64,000 bases of DNA, taken from the NCBI RefSeq assembly GCF_009914755.1, contig NC_060931.1; one strand, written 5' to 3'. This document shows, piece after piece, positions 51,673 through 64,000 of this stretch. Below the pieces are notes generated by a model, which saw nothing but the letters and a program-made list of their open reading frames with translations, was not told the origin of the DNA and did not search any database. The position numbers were made by a program, and so were the translations under genes. The DNA comes from the human T2T-CHM13v2.0 reference genome, Homo sapiens. Within the stretch, counting starts at the first letter, position 1, and each line of letters starts with the position of its first letter.

Positions 51673-51900
51673 ATAATAATATTGAGAACTAATTCTTATA
51701 TAGTGCTTACTGTATGCCAGCTGTAAGTGCTTTATACACATGAATCAATTTATTCCTCATGACAATCCTACAAAGTAGCTGTTATTATTACCCTTCATCT
51801 TATAGGCATAAAAAAGTAGTCATAGAAAGGTTGAGTGACTTTTCCAGGATTACCATCTAGTAAGTAGAGGGACTGACATTTGAACCCCAGCATTCTGGTG
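51673..51900 (-). mobile_element. MIR
   Basis: tagtgcttactgtatgccag...aggttgagtgacttttccagg...tttgaacccc. Confidence 0.78.
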
Positions 51901-52479
51901 CTACTTTGCTCTATGATGCATCATCTCATGATTGTCCACATTTAACAAATGAAAGAAGTGAGCCTCCTACCTGTGGTGGAGCTGCCTTTCAACTGCAGCC
52001 AGTCTGACTCCAAGCTTGCAGGCCTGGTCACCATTTCCGCTTCCTTCCTGCTGGAGCACTTCCCAGAGCCGTAAGCATGAACATGCAAACTCTCGCTGCA
52101 TCTTCAATGGTGTCTGCACCAGCAACTCTCTCTTGTTGACATGTCTTTTGGCAAAATTTTAATATCTTTTCCATTCCTATTGAGACCTCATCATCCTACT
52201 CATTTAACAAGTAATTTCTAATTTCCTGAGAGACACCTCTTGTCAGCTAGCTTTTTGATGGGCTCTCACAAAGTTTTTATTTCTTCGTTATCCTTTTCTT
52301 TCTTTGTATCTATGTCTGAGAAAGAAATCTGCTTAATTATTGAGTGTTTTTATTCTGTTTGATGATAACATAATCGATTTCCCTTGGGATGCCTTCTGTC
52401 AGTGGTTTTATTCTGCTTTACATCCTTGATCTTTTCACAGTCAAGAGCAGTTAATAACAGAACATCAACCACATTGACT

Positions 52480-52865
52480 TAACCATATTCATCGTTATTT
52501 GTAGTAAGAATCCAGAGGTAACTGGTTATTGGCATTCCTTAAGAGGTCCTAGGCCTGACAGTGTGGGTGTTCCCAAAGTGGCTGCTGTAGCTCCACCCAA
52601 TATATATATGTTCTAGGCAACAACTAAGAAAAGCAGAGAAAAGCAAAAAGAGCACATGCCAACTGTCTGTTCCCTCTTAAAGTAGCTTTCTGTCAGAGTC
52701 CCACCCAGCAACTTGTACTTAGGTTTATTTGTCACCTGGCTACAAAGAAGTCTAAGAAATGTAGACTCTAGCTGGGCACTTTGCTACTTAAATAAGGTTA
52801 GGTTTCTGTTCCCAAGGAAGATAGGGGTCATGGTTGTGGAGTGGGAAGCCTGCAGCCTCACTTAT
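52480..52865 (-). mobile_element. MLT1J-like LTR remnant
   Basis: gtggctgctgtagctcca; ggctacaaagaagtctaagaaatgtag..ctagctgggcac. Confidence 0.55.
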
Positions 52866-53021
52866 TCACCTGACTGGATTCTTTTCCTCCATTGAGGGTA
52901 GGTCGTTAGGTTGAGCAGCTGAGCTGAACGGACTCTTGGGCTTTCAATTTAAGATTGTCATATGCTATGAAAGAGCCCTATATGGTATAGAGATTCATGA
53001 GTTTATGTGTGAGCACATGAT

Positions 53022-53024
<3 letters not shown>

Positions 53025-53064
<40 letters not shown>
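53025..53064. repeat. (GT)20 microsatellite
   Basis: Direct reading. Confidence 0.97.
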
Positions 53065-53066
<2 letters not shown>

Positions 53067-53467
53067 CTCAGTTAATAACAGAGGAGAGCTGGAGTGGAGT
53101 GGCACTCACCTAATAGCCACAGGTGGCTAAAACTATCCTTTTGGGCACTGATGTTTTGTCCCAGGCAATTAGGGATGCATCCTCAAATCCTCTGCATGTC
53201 ATAAATTGAGCACATAATGGTGCCCTGGTAGCTAGCTGCCTTTGTACTTGCAGACACTGAGCATATTCCCAACTTACCTGGAGGGAACCATTAACAGCTG
53301 CATGCGGCATCTATTTGCTTTTCTCCTCCCTTGAACCTGATTGACATAGGAGGCTTAAGTCTGACTTGGTAAAAACACTCCTGTCATGGAAAGGAAATAA
53401 AACATGCTTCTGAAGCACAGAGTTTACAATGTGAAATACTCCAGGCCAATTTATGATTTTGGGGTGA

Positions 53468-53828
<361 letters not shown>

Positions 53829-54879
53829 TGTTTGTTTGTTTTTCTTTCTTTCTTTCTTTTTTATTTTTTATAAAGAAAACACAGCTTCAAATGATTTAAA
53901 GAAAATTGTTAAGATTATGAGAATTTACATTTCCTTGAGTTATCAACTGTAAACTTTGAGAACCAAGAATAAAAGTAGAATAAAGTTCAAAGGATCCCAT
54001 CATAGATGTGTTATATAGCCATCTAAGTTAAAATATAAAGAATAGTGTAGAAGGGTTTGTTTGTGGATTTTTTTCCTAAAAAAAATGAAAGGAGGCAGAA
54101 TCTTGTTTGAGCTCTCAAGCTACCACTGTCTGAGTAGCTGCAAATTAATGTATCACCTTATGTGACACCATATGCTTTAGTGTGGCAACTTTGACTTAAT
54201 ATATCTATAAACCATTACTATAATCATAACATCTCGGATTAAGATTGCATCACCACATAATGAAGTGGATCATTTAAAAGTGAAATAGATAATTCAGTAT
54301 GTTTATGTCACTTTCACAAATGGGGAAGGAAGTTTGCACATGAGCACAAAAATAATTTCTGCCATGATGTGGAACTATGGAATGATGTGCTACTGAGTTA
54401 TATTTTTCTATATTTTACTTTAGTTTAAAGCATCATATAATTCACCTGCTGCTACTAACCACTGAATTAATTCTCTTTACTAGAAATGATTTTAAGAGAG
54501 ATAGTGCACCTCCATATCCTCAGCGTGTTTCACCTCACCTGCTATGTGTAATTTGTCATCTCATTTGTTGTCACAACATCATGTTGTATGAACACAGCAT
54601 TGCTCTGACATAATTAGCTGGGAAGACTTTCTGATTCTCATGCCATTCTCATGCTGGACATTTTGGTTAGCTGCCTCTGGTCTTGGAAATTCAGGTCATG
54701 AACAGTATCACCCAGAGCTGTCACTTTATCAAAAGTAAACATTCGGCATTCATTTTTTAATATTTTCTGTAAGAATAAACAGAATGCTTTTCACTCACAA
54801 TGAAGATGGAAAATAGAAGTGTTGGAGATATTTTTAGATGGGTGAAGTTGTTGGGGACTCAGACTCACATCATGAGTCC

Positions 54880-55950
54880 TGTTCATTCATACACATTTAT
54901 TGAGTAACCACTTAATTAGAGATGATGAAAATGTGATTCCTAATCTCAATAAACTCGGCATAGTGTACAGGCAGAAACATAACAATGAATACAACACAAT
55001 ATGATAATTGTTCTAAGAGACTGGTGAACGAAATGCTGTGTTGTGCATCTCAGTTTAAACCTGCAAACATTACTGAATGTTTACATAGTGCCAGGGTCTT
55101 GGGATTGAGTGGGTAATAAGGCATGAGCCCTGTAAGAACTGAGCTAGACACTCAAATAAAAAAATTATGTAAGAAAGACCATTAGCACGACAAGAAGGTT
55201 TCAAAGCCCATGAGGTAGGAGTTAGGAGGAGGAAGAATGCACACACATTGTTTTAGGGGAAGGATTGGCACAGGTAGTTTTATGGGTGAGGAGGAATTTA
55301 AATCACGTGTATGCTTAGCCAGCTAATCAACTATGAATGCATTAGAGGTAGTGGCACAGAGATGAACAATGTAAACCATGTTTGAAATAGCTTGATGGCA
55401 AGTGGAATACAGGTGGAATCATGCGGCATAAACTTGAAGGGAATCTTTGGGACCAAATTATGGGAAATATTAATTCTAAGGTAAAAAAAAGGCAAAATAA
55501 TGGAGGAACAAAGGGAAGCAAAAAGAAACAGGAGAATAACTGGCCTATTAAACAGAAATTTTTGTTCTCTAGTAGGAAGTTAAATAAGACAAACTGAAGT
55601 CAACTGGTGACCAAGCACATGGAGAAGGCAGCATGGGTGCAGGAGACGCTGAAGAACACGATAATAGAACTTTACAGCCGGCTGATCTGAGCTTGAGAAA
55701 AGGAGGTGCCTTTGGGTTTGGGACATGGAAAGATAGTGATGTCTTTAGAGAAACAGAAGTTGGGTGGGCTGTGAGGGTGAGGAGGATTCTGGGTGTTGAG
55801 TATGTTCCTAGGGACACTGATGGGCTGTTTGGAGAATTCCTACGAGGAAGGTCTGTTGATATTCATGTTCTCTTTGCTATGGCAAGAAGCAGGAGAGAAA
55901 ACTTAAAGTTGGGGGTGATTATTGCGTATGGTTGAGACGGAGGAATAAGT
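54880..55950 (-). mobile_element. L2 fragments
   Basis: ttcattcatacacatttattgagta 3' end followed by purine-rich L2-like sequence; boundaries rough. Confidence 0.5.
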
Positions 55951-56613
55951 AGCTGAACTCATCACAACTTTGAAGCAATATTTATAAACTCTGAAGTAGA
56001 GTGAGCTGAGCTCAGATTCATGTTGCTGCATTTATTTTAATTATTACTAAATATAGGCAATTTGCCAAATGCTTTCTGTGCATGGTCTTATTTAATCTTT
56101 ATTACGTAATGGCTATTATTGTACCCACTTCACAATAAAGAAACTGAGACCTAAAGAATTTAAGCAGTTGGCCCCAAAACAGAGTCAGTATTGAGAAAAG
56201 CAGTTTTCAAACTCAATTTCTTGACTCTAAGTTTCTTATTCTTTCTATACCACTTCAATAGTCTCAACCACCTTATGTATAACTGACTAAAGAACAAAGC
56301 TTTGCTTCAAGTACATGTCGTGGGCACCTGCGTGATGAAACCTACACACTTTACTCTTTGTTGAATTTACTTCCTGTGTATTTACCGAGAAAACAGACTA
56401 TCTTCTTTTAAAAAGATGCACAGACTCTGCTTTGAAAGCCTGGTTTGATGAAATAAAAGATATTTAGAGTAAGACTCTTACTCACTTACTACGTATGTAA
56501 CTTGGAAAAAGTTAACATCTCTGGAGGTAGTCTTTTTCTTCAGTGGAGATAATAATACGTATTTTATAGTATTTTGAAAAGAAATGGAGGAATATACCAA
56601 TCATTTTCTCACC

Positions 56614-57040
56614 TGCGTTAATCCATTTGCTGTTACTATAACAGAATACCAGAGACTGGGTAGTTTATAAAGGAAAGAGGTTCATTTAGTTTAGAATTCT
56701 GGAGGCTAGGAAGTCCTAGATTTGGTGGCTGCCTCTGGTCGGCTTCTGGTGAGGGCCTAGCGCTGCTGGATAGCCTGGCAGAAGCACAGACATATGAGTG
56801 CAAGCTAAAAGAGACAAGCACAAGGGGTCAAGCTTGCTATGTAACAACCCACTTTAATGAGAACTAGCCAAGTTCCCTGAGAACTAACCCAGTCTCTAAA
56901 GAATAGCATTAATCCATTCATGGGGGAAGAGTCTCCATGACCCAAACACTTCCCACTTAGTCCTATGTCCCAGTGCTACCACATTGAGGAATTGAGGTTC
57001 TGATACCTGAACTTCGGGGGGACACGCTCAAACCGTAGCA
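56614..57040 (-). mobile_element. MSTC-like solo LTR
   Basis: ttaatccatttgctgttactataacagaatacc...gcattaatccattcatg...caaaccgtagca. Confidence 0.82.
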
Positions 57041-57169
57041 CCACTTGAGCATGCTATGCTTTCTCTTTCCCCCGCTGTAAAGTTCTTTCCCAAGAAAAAC
57101 ACATGACTAGTTCCTTCAGTTCTCTGCTCTACTGTCCCCTCTTCAGAGAGGTCTCCAGCATCGATTGTA

Positions 57170-57585
57170 ATTATTCATAGAAGAAGAAGAACACCTGGAT
57201 GTTAGCTGACAACATGCCTACATAGGAATAAGACTGTTTTCCAGCTTTCCCTACAGCTACATGTGGCCGAAGAGTTATAGTAAGAAGAGATGTCCACAAT
57301 GTCAGGGATATGAATTTGCAAGGAGGGACATCCCTGATTCTTCCCTTTCTTTCTTCCTTTTACTTTATACAGAGCTGATGGCTAGAGATGGCTAGAGATG
57401 AAGCAGCCATCTTGAGCCACGAGGAAATCTTAGCAATGGAGACCTGTGAAGCGGAGCAATAACACAGAATGAGCCAAATGAATGCTTTTTCTACTCTGGC
57501 TGCCTGACTTCAGACTTTAAACATTAACATCCTTACTATTTGGGGCTTTCTGTCACTGTACATGAATCTGAACAGACTAATATTC
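57170..57585 (+). mobile_element. MLT1I/J-like LTR remnant
   Basis: ttttccagctttccctacagcta; gcagccatcttg; ctatttgggg..ttctgtcac. Confidence 0.55.
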
Positions 57586-57619
57586 CCTGTGACATATTAA
57601 ATATAGCATTAATTTATGT

Positions 57620-57770
57620 ACTTAGAGGTTATTGTCTATCTCTGCCCAGTAGCATGTAAACTTTCTGAGGGTAAAACCTTTTCTTCTGTTTACTTCTGTA
57701 TCCTTACCATTTGAAATAGTGCCAGGTACATAAATGTGCTCAACGTATTTGTTGAACAAATGAATGAATG
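57620..57770 (+). mobile_element. L2 3' end
   Basis: tgtaaactttctgagggtaa...agtgccaggtacata...tatttgttgaacaaatgaatgaatg. Confidence 0.75.
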
Positions 57771-58529
57771 TATTAATAATGAATGTAAAATTCCTAGTAC
57801 ATGGCAGCTTTTTGCTTAACGGGAATTCCTTTCAGAATGCTGCAACTAGACTGTAAAAGACGAATCAGATGAGGCCACTCAAGCATTCAGCTTCTGCCTA
57901 GCTTAATGAACAACAACCACTAACAAGAACAATAACTGACCCCTTTGATGGAGACTTTTACTCTGATGCCATTTATCTTTAGACAGGGTGAAGCCTGCTT
58001 TCTCTCAAAACAGTCTGCATTATTCATGACTAGTTTGCTGCTTTTCGAAACTGGACTCTGTCTGCCTTTGGCATCTCCACTAACAGAAACTATCAGGTGT
58101 ACGATTCAGTCCTAATTGCTGCCATGGCCTTGGCAATATTGTGCTGTCACCTTCTCTGCTGGACAGCCAGACTTAGTGCTGGTGTACACCGGCTTGCCAA
58201 GAATTAATGTGCATTGCAGACAGCAAAAATATGCCATTCCAGAATCCAACTGTACACTATGGGATTATGATTTCCTATTGTAAATATAGCCTAGGCACAA
58301 GAAAACATAGCCTAACCAAGGAAATGGATTTCTTTATTCCAGGTTTAAAATGTATCAGGATTGGGATTTGGGAGAAGCTTTTCTTACTCTGAGTTCAAAC
58401 TATGAGCATAAAATGCGTGTGTGAGTGTGTATTTTTAAATGCACCAGCCCACAACATTTGTTTCATAGTTATCTTACAAATTTTATTTTTTCATTCCATT
58501 TTTATAAAAGAACAAAAAAAATTCCTAAA

Positions 58530-58936
58530 GCATCAGTTACATTTTGGCAAAAAAAAAAAAAAAAAAAAAAAAGCTGCAAAGTCCAAAAAAACTCAGTGGC
58601 TTAAAAAATCATTTGCCCTCAAGAGCCTGCAGGTTTTATGGAGATGGGCTGGCCTGGGCTGGATTTGTGCACCTGTCCCTTGTCATCCTGGGATTGGTGT
58701 CTGGAATGTTGAGGCACCAGAATGGACAGGCCAAACTGCACAAGGATGAACCAAGCCTCTGGTCACATCACCACTACTAATGTCCTTTTAGCCAAATCAA
58801 GTCACGTGGCTAGCCCAAAGTAAAAGGGTAGGAAGGTAGTCCCACCCATAGTGGAAGAACACCACGTATAGCTACATGGCAAAGGACACAGATGTAGGAA
58901 TGAGAAGAATTGGGGCAATATTTACAATCTGCTACA
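58530..58936 (-). mobile_element. MLT1G/H-like LTR with an internal A24 run (58549-58572)
   Basis: aactcagtggcttaaa; gccaaatcaagtcacgtggctagcccaa; acatggcaaagg; tttacaatctgctaca. Confidence 0.65.
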
Positions 58937-59131
58937 ACCTCCAAACATTTTCACCAATTTTTAAAATTATTATTATCTATTTCTTGGTCTATTTTGTTCT
59001 ACTTTTCCTTTTAGGAGAGTTTCCTAGATTTAAAATTTTTATGTGTTTTGAAAATCTTTTTTGTTTTTGGATTACTACTCTAAATATTTTATATAATATC
59101 CTGTCAGTATTTCAAGGATAAAATGTCTTTT

Positions 59132-61169
59132 ATTAATTTTTAAAAAATTTTAGTTTTAGGGGTATAGGTGTGGATTTCTTATATAGGTAAATTTCATGTC
59201 ATGGGGGTTTGGTGTACACGTTATTTCATCACCCAGGCAATGCAAATAGCATCCTATAGGTAGTTTCTCAATCCTCACTCTCCTCCCATCCTCCACCCTC
59301 AAGTAGGCTCCAGTGTCTATTGTTCCTTTCTTTGTTTTCATGCATACTCGTTGTTTAACTCCCACATATAAGTGTGAACATGTGGTATGTGGTTTTCTGT
59401 TTCTGCATTAGTTCAGTTAGGTTAATGGGCCCCAGCTCCATCCATGTTGCTGCAGAAGACACGATCTTGTTCTTTTTTACGACTGCACAGTATTCCATGG
59501 TATATATGTACCACATTTTCTTTATTTAGCTGATGGTCATTTAGGTTGATTCCATGTCTTTGCTACCATGAATACCTTCTGCAAAAAACATATACATGCA
59601 TGTGTCTTTATGGTGAAATGATTTGTATTCCTTTGGGTATATACCCAATAATGGGATTACTAGGTTGAATGGTAGCTCTGTTTTAAGTTTTTGAGAAGTC
59701 ACCAAACTGCTTTCCACAGTGGCTGAACTAATTTACATTCCCACCAACAGTGGATAGGCATTCCCATTTCTCCACAGGCTTGCCAGCATCTGTTTTTTTT
59801 TTTTTCTTTTTAATAATAGCCATCCTGACTCGTGTGAAATAGTATTTCACTGTGGGTTTGATTTGCACTTCTCTGTTGATTAGTGATGATGAGTATTTTT
59901 TTCATATGTTTGTTGGCTGCTTATAGATCTTCTTTTGAGAAGTGTCTCTTCTTGTCTTTTGCCCATTTTTTTAATGGGGTTATTTGTTTTTTGCTTGTTA
60001 AGTTCCTTATAGATTCTGTATATTAGACCTTTGTTGGGTGCATAGTTTGGAAATATTTTCTCTCATTCTGTGGGTTGTCTTTTTATTTTTAACTCTGTTG
60101 ATAGTTTCTTTTGCTTTGCAAAAGCCCTTCAGTTTACTTAGGTCTCACTTGTCAGTTTTTATTTTTGTTGGAATTGCTTTTGAGGACTTAGTCATAAATT
60201 CTTTGTCAAGGCTGATGTCCAGAATGATATTTCCTAGATTTTCTTCTATGATTTTTTTAGTTTGTAGTGTTATATTTAAGTCTTTAATCCATTTTAATTT
60301 TTATACATGGTGAAAGATGGGGGTCCAGTTTCATTCTTTTGCATGTGGCTAGCCTCTTATCCCAGCACTATTTATTAAATAGGTAGTCCTTTCCCCATTG
60401 TTTATTTTTGTCAGCTTTGCTAAAGATTAGATAGTTGTAGGTGTACAATTTTATTTCTGGATTCTGTATTCTTTTCCATTGGTCTATGTGTCTGTTTTTG
60501 TACCAGTACCATGATGTTTTGGTTATTGTAGCCTTATAGCATAGTTTGAATTCAGATAATGTAATGGCTCCAGCTTTGTTCTTTTTTATTAAGATTGCTT
60601 TAACTATTGGAGCTTTTTCTTTCTTTTTGTTTTTTTGGTTCCATATGAGTTTTAGAATAGTTTTTTTTTAATTCTATGAATAATGATATTGGAATTTTGA
60701 TAGGAATTACATTGAATCTGTAGATTGCTTTTAGAAATGTGGTCATTTTTATGGTGTTGATTCTTCTAATCCATAAGCATGGGATGTATTTCCATTTATT
60801 TGTGCCATATATGATTTCTTTCATTAGCATTTGTAATTTTCTTTGTAGAGATCCTTCACTTCCCTGGCTAAGTATATTCCTAGGTATTTTGTGTTTTTGC
60901 AGCTTTGTGAAGGGAATTGAGTTCTTGATTTGATTCTCAGCTTGGTTGTTGTTAGTGTATAGCAGTGCTACTGATTTGTGCACATTGATTTTGTAAACTG
61001 AGACTTTACTGAATTCATTTATCAAGTCCAGGAGTCTTCTGGAGGAGTCTTTAGTGTTTTCTAGTTACACATTCATATCATTGGCAAACAGAGATAGATT
61101 TACTTCCTCTTTTCTGATTTGAATGCTCTTTACTTTTTTCTCTTGCCTGATTGCTTTGGCTAGGACTTC
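59132..61169 (-). mobile_element. L1PA15/16-type element, 3' end to ORF2 RT region
   Basis: cctcccatcctccaccctcaagtaggctccagtgtc 3'UTR; ORF2 peptide INEFSKVSVYKINVHKS (60600-61025). Confidence 0.88.
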
Positions 61170-62287
61170 TGGCTGCCTAAGTCTCTGTAGGTCTAGAAGT
61201 ACTTGTTTTATGAGTCTGGGTGCTCTTTGGCCATTTTTATATTGGTTTATTTGTCTTTATTATTGAGTTGAGATCTATATCTATATCTATCTTCTGGATG
61301 CCAATTTCTTATCAGTTGAATTTTTCCCATTTTATGGGCTGTCTTTTCACACTTTGGGTATTGCCCTTGAAAGCACAAACATGTTTAATTTTGATGATAC
61401 TTAATTAATCTTTTTTTCTTTTGTTGTTTGTGGTTTTCGTGTCATATCCAAGGATTCATTGCCAAATCCGAGGTCATGAAGATTTACCCCCAGATTTTTT
61501 TCTAAATGTTTTATAGTTTTAGCACTTACATTTAAGTCTTCGATTCATCTTTAGTAATTCTTTTTTGTATTAACTGTGTGTGAGGTAGGGTCCCAACTTC
61601 ATTTATTTGCATGTGGTACTCACAATAGGATATACCTGTAGATCAGTGAAATAGAATTAAGAGTCCAGGAGTAAACCCTGGGCTTTATGGTCAACTGATT
61701 TTTGCAAGGGTGCTAAGAACATTTGATGTTGAAAAGACTATTCAGACATTTGGTGTATGTGCTTGGCTGAGGAGCCAATGGGGTGGATAGGATTTTCAAA
61801 TCGTGTTTTCAATAAGTAGTGCTAGGAGAACTGGACAGTCACATGCAAAAGTATGAAGCTGGGCCCCTACCTCTCACACAGTTAATACAAAAAAATTACT
61901 GAAGGTGAATGAATGACTTAAATGTAAATGCTAAAACTGTAAAACTCTTAGAAGAAAACATAGGGATAAATCTTCATGACCTTGAAACTGTCAGTGGATT
62001 CTCAGATATGACACCAAAAACACAACAAACAACAAAAGACAAAAAGTAAATTAATTGTCATCAACATTAAACATGTTTATGCTTTAAATGACACTATCAA
62101 AAGTGTGAAAAGATAACAGAATAGGAAAAATTTACCTGATAAGAAATTGGCATCCAGAAGATAGATAGCTGTAGATATATATCTCAACTCAATAATAAAA
62201 AGATAAATAAACAAATATGGAATGACCAAAGGCACCCAAATTCATAAAACAAGTACTTCTAGAACTATGAAAAGACTTAGGCAGCCA
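61170..62287. repeat. Inverted repeat: arms 61170-61615 and 61840-62287, 224-bp spacer
   Basis: The arms are reverse complements, with exact blocks such as ctatcttctggatgccaatttcttatcag / ctgataagaaattggcatccagaagatag and tctagaagtacttgttttatga. Confidence 0.92.
61741..61783 (+). rRNA. 43-nt fragment of 28S (LSU) rRNA 3' region; not a functional rRNA gene
   Basis: ttcagacatttggtgtatgtgcttggctgaggagccaatgggg matches the recalled mammalian 28S sequence ...GGTTCAGACATTTGGTGTATGTGCTTGGCTGAGGAGCCAATGGGGCGAAG... Confidence 0.88.
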
Positions 62288-62570
62288 CATAATAATACTG
62301 GGGGACTTCAACACCCCACTGACAGCATTAGACAGATAATTGAGGCAGAAAGCTAACAAAGAAATTCTAGACTTAACTTTGACACTTGACAAATTGGACC
62401 TAATAGGCATCCACAGACTACTTTACCCATCAACCACAGAATGTACATTATTCTCATCTGCTCATGAAACATACTCTCAAATCAACCACATGCTCAGCCA
62501 TAAAGCCAGTCTCAATAAATTCAAAAAATTGAAATCTTGAACCACAATGGAATATAAAAAATAAAAATTA

Positions 62571-62872
62571 GGCTGGGTGCGGTAGCTCACCCCTGTAATC
62601 CCAGCATTTTCGGAGGCCAAGGTGGATGGATCTCTTGAGGCAAGGAGTTTGAGACCAGCCTGGCCAACGTGGTGAAACTCTTTCTCTACTAAAAAAAAAA
62701 AAAAAAAATACAAAAATTAGCTAGGTGTGGTGGCACGCACCTATAATCCCAGCTACTTGGGAGGTTGAGGCAGGAGAATCACCTTAACCTGGGAGACAGA
62801 AATTGCAGTGAGCCAAGATTGCACTGCTGCACTCCACTCTGGGTGACAGAGTGAGTGAGACACTTCTCTTTC
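62571..62872 (+). mobile_element. AluS (Sz/Sx-like)
   Basis: Full dimer; TSD aaaataaaaat(t/c)a at 62558 and 62980. Confidence 0.92.
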
Positions 62873-62920
62873 ATAGATAGGTAGATAGATACATAGATAG
62901 ATAGATACATAGATAGATAC

Positions 62921-62962
<42 letters not shown>
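62873..62962. repeat. Compound (TAGA/TACA)n tetranucleotide STR in the Alu tail
   Basis: Direct reading. Confidence 0.96.
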
Positions 62963-63085
62963 GACAGAGAGATGTAAATAAAATAAAAATCAATACCAAG
63001 ATTTCTCAAAACCACACAATTACATGGAAATTAAACAACTTGCTCCTGAATGACTTCTGGGTAAACAAAAAAATTAATGACTTTT

Positions 63086-63860
63086 GAATGATAAACAAAC
63101 TGCATTTCTAGAATAAATCTCACTTGATCATGATGTATAATTTTTTTCAATATTATTGGATTTAATTTTCTAGTATTGTGTTGAGGATTTTTGTGTTCAT
63201 ATTCTTAAGAGACATTGGTCTGTAATGTTCCTTTCTTTTGAGATTGCGTGTGTGTGATGTCTTTGGTTTTGGTATTGTGGTAACACTGGCCTCAAAGAGT
63301 GAGGTGGAAAGTGTTCCTCCACTTCCGTTTTTTAAACACGTTTGTGAAAAATTGGTATTATTTCTTAAAACATTTGGTTTACCAGTAAAACCATCAAGGA
63401 TGGCTTGTTTTTGTAAGGTCAGCAGTAATGCTTTCTCTTTCATTTCTGATACTAGTAATTTGAATCATCTCTCTTTTTTTCTTGGTCAATTATGCTAAAT
63501 ATTTATCACATTTGTTGATTTTTTTTCATAGCCATATTCCATATGGCATTCCAAACTTCCACAATCAACTTTAGTTTCATTTTTCTCTATTGTTTTTATA
63601 TTCTTGATTTTATCAATGTCCACTCCAACTTTATTATTTCCTGTCTTCTTGCTTTAGGTTTAGTTTGCTTTTCTTTTTCCAGTTTCTTAAGGTATACAGT
63701 TGAGTATTATTTTGTAATTTTTCTTACATGTTAATGGAAGTATTATTACTATAAATGTTTCTCCAAGCACTGCTTTAGCTACGTCTCATAAGCTTTGGAA
63801 TGTTGTCCCTTCATTTTCATTCATCTCAAAGTATTTTATAAAGTAACTTGGGATTGCTTC
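63086..63860 (-). mobile_element. Old L1M ORF2 fragments
   Basis: gaataaatctcacttgatcatgatg; minus-strand peptide LFEASVTTIPKP...YRPMSLKNMNTKILN. Confidence 0.75.
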
Positions 63861-64000
63861 TGCCTCGTTGTTTTACCCACACGCAGCTGGTAAGATTCAC
63901 TCATTGCTGTATTGTTTTCAACAATATCATGGGCATAAATTGTTCTACATATAAATCTCATAAAATTTAGGCTGTGTTAAAGGACTCCTTCCTGAGATCA

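Larger units (their letters stand above)
62231..63075 (+). mobile_element. L1PA15/16-type ORF2 endonuclease-region segment, inverted relative to 59132-61169 and split by an Alu
   Basis: ggcacccaaattcataaaacaagtacttctaga...; peptide RQKANKEILDL...LSHKASLNKFKK (62340-62540). Confidence 0.85.

Noticed and set aside
61741-61783. Functional rRNA or small-RNA gene
   Set aside because: Only 43 nt with no flanking rDNA or promoter; treated as a captured fragment.

Overview
Primate (almost certainly human) genomic DNA from the 3' part of ABCA13 on the + strand. Four small coding exons (10942-11092, 17872-18006, 25428-25531, 44250-44342) splice in frame. Together they encode most of the second nucleotide-binding domain: Q-loop YCPQ, signature YSGGT, Walker B ILLL|DE, D-loop SGMDP and H-loop LTSH. 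The Walker A exon and the exon after ...QHIKNR are not in the window. The rest is intron dense with repeats: about 12 Alus, a TSD-flanked full-length L1PA7-like element (31935-38213, antisense), older L1M/L1PA16-type fragments, an MSTA provirus, solo LTRs, MER2/MER6A/MER20/MER53/MER58A, MIR/L2 and microsatellites. Repeat subfamily names come from recalled consensus sequences, not from a database search. I found no prokaryotic feature and no new gene system. The most unusual structures are rearrangement scars: (1) a ~445-bp inverted duplication (61170-62287) that copies a chimeric L1 junction inside what looks like one twin-primed insertion; (2) a 43-nt 28S rRNA fragment in the spacer of that inverted repeat; (3) a young composite templated insertion (202-bp local copy plus 46 bp of inverted L1PA) splitting a MER58A; (4) an L1 5'UTR whose antisense promoter/ORF0 remnant points at a downstream ABCA13 exon that begins with an in-frame ATG.
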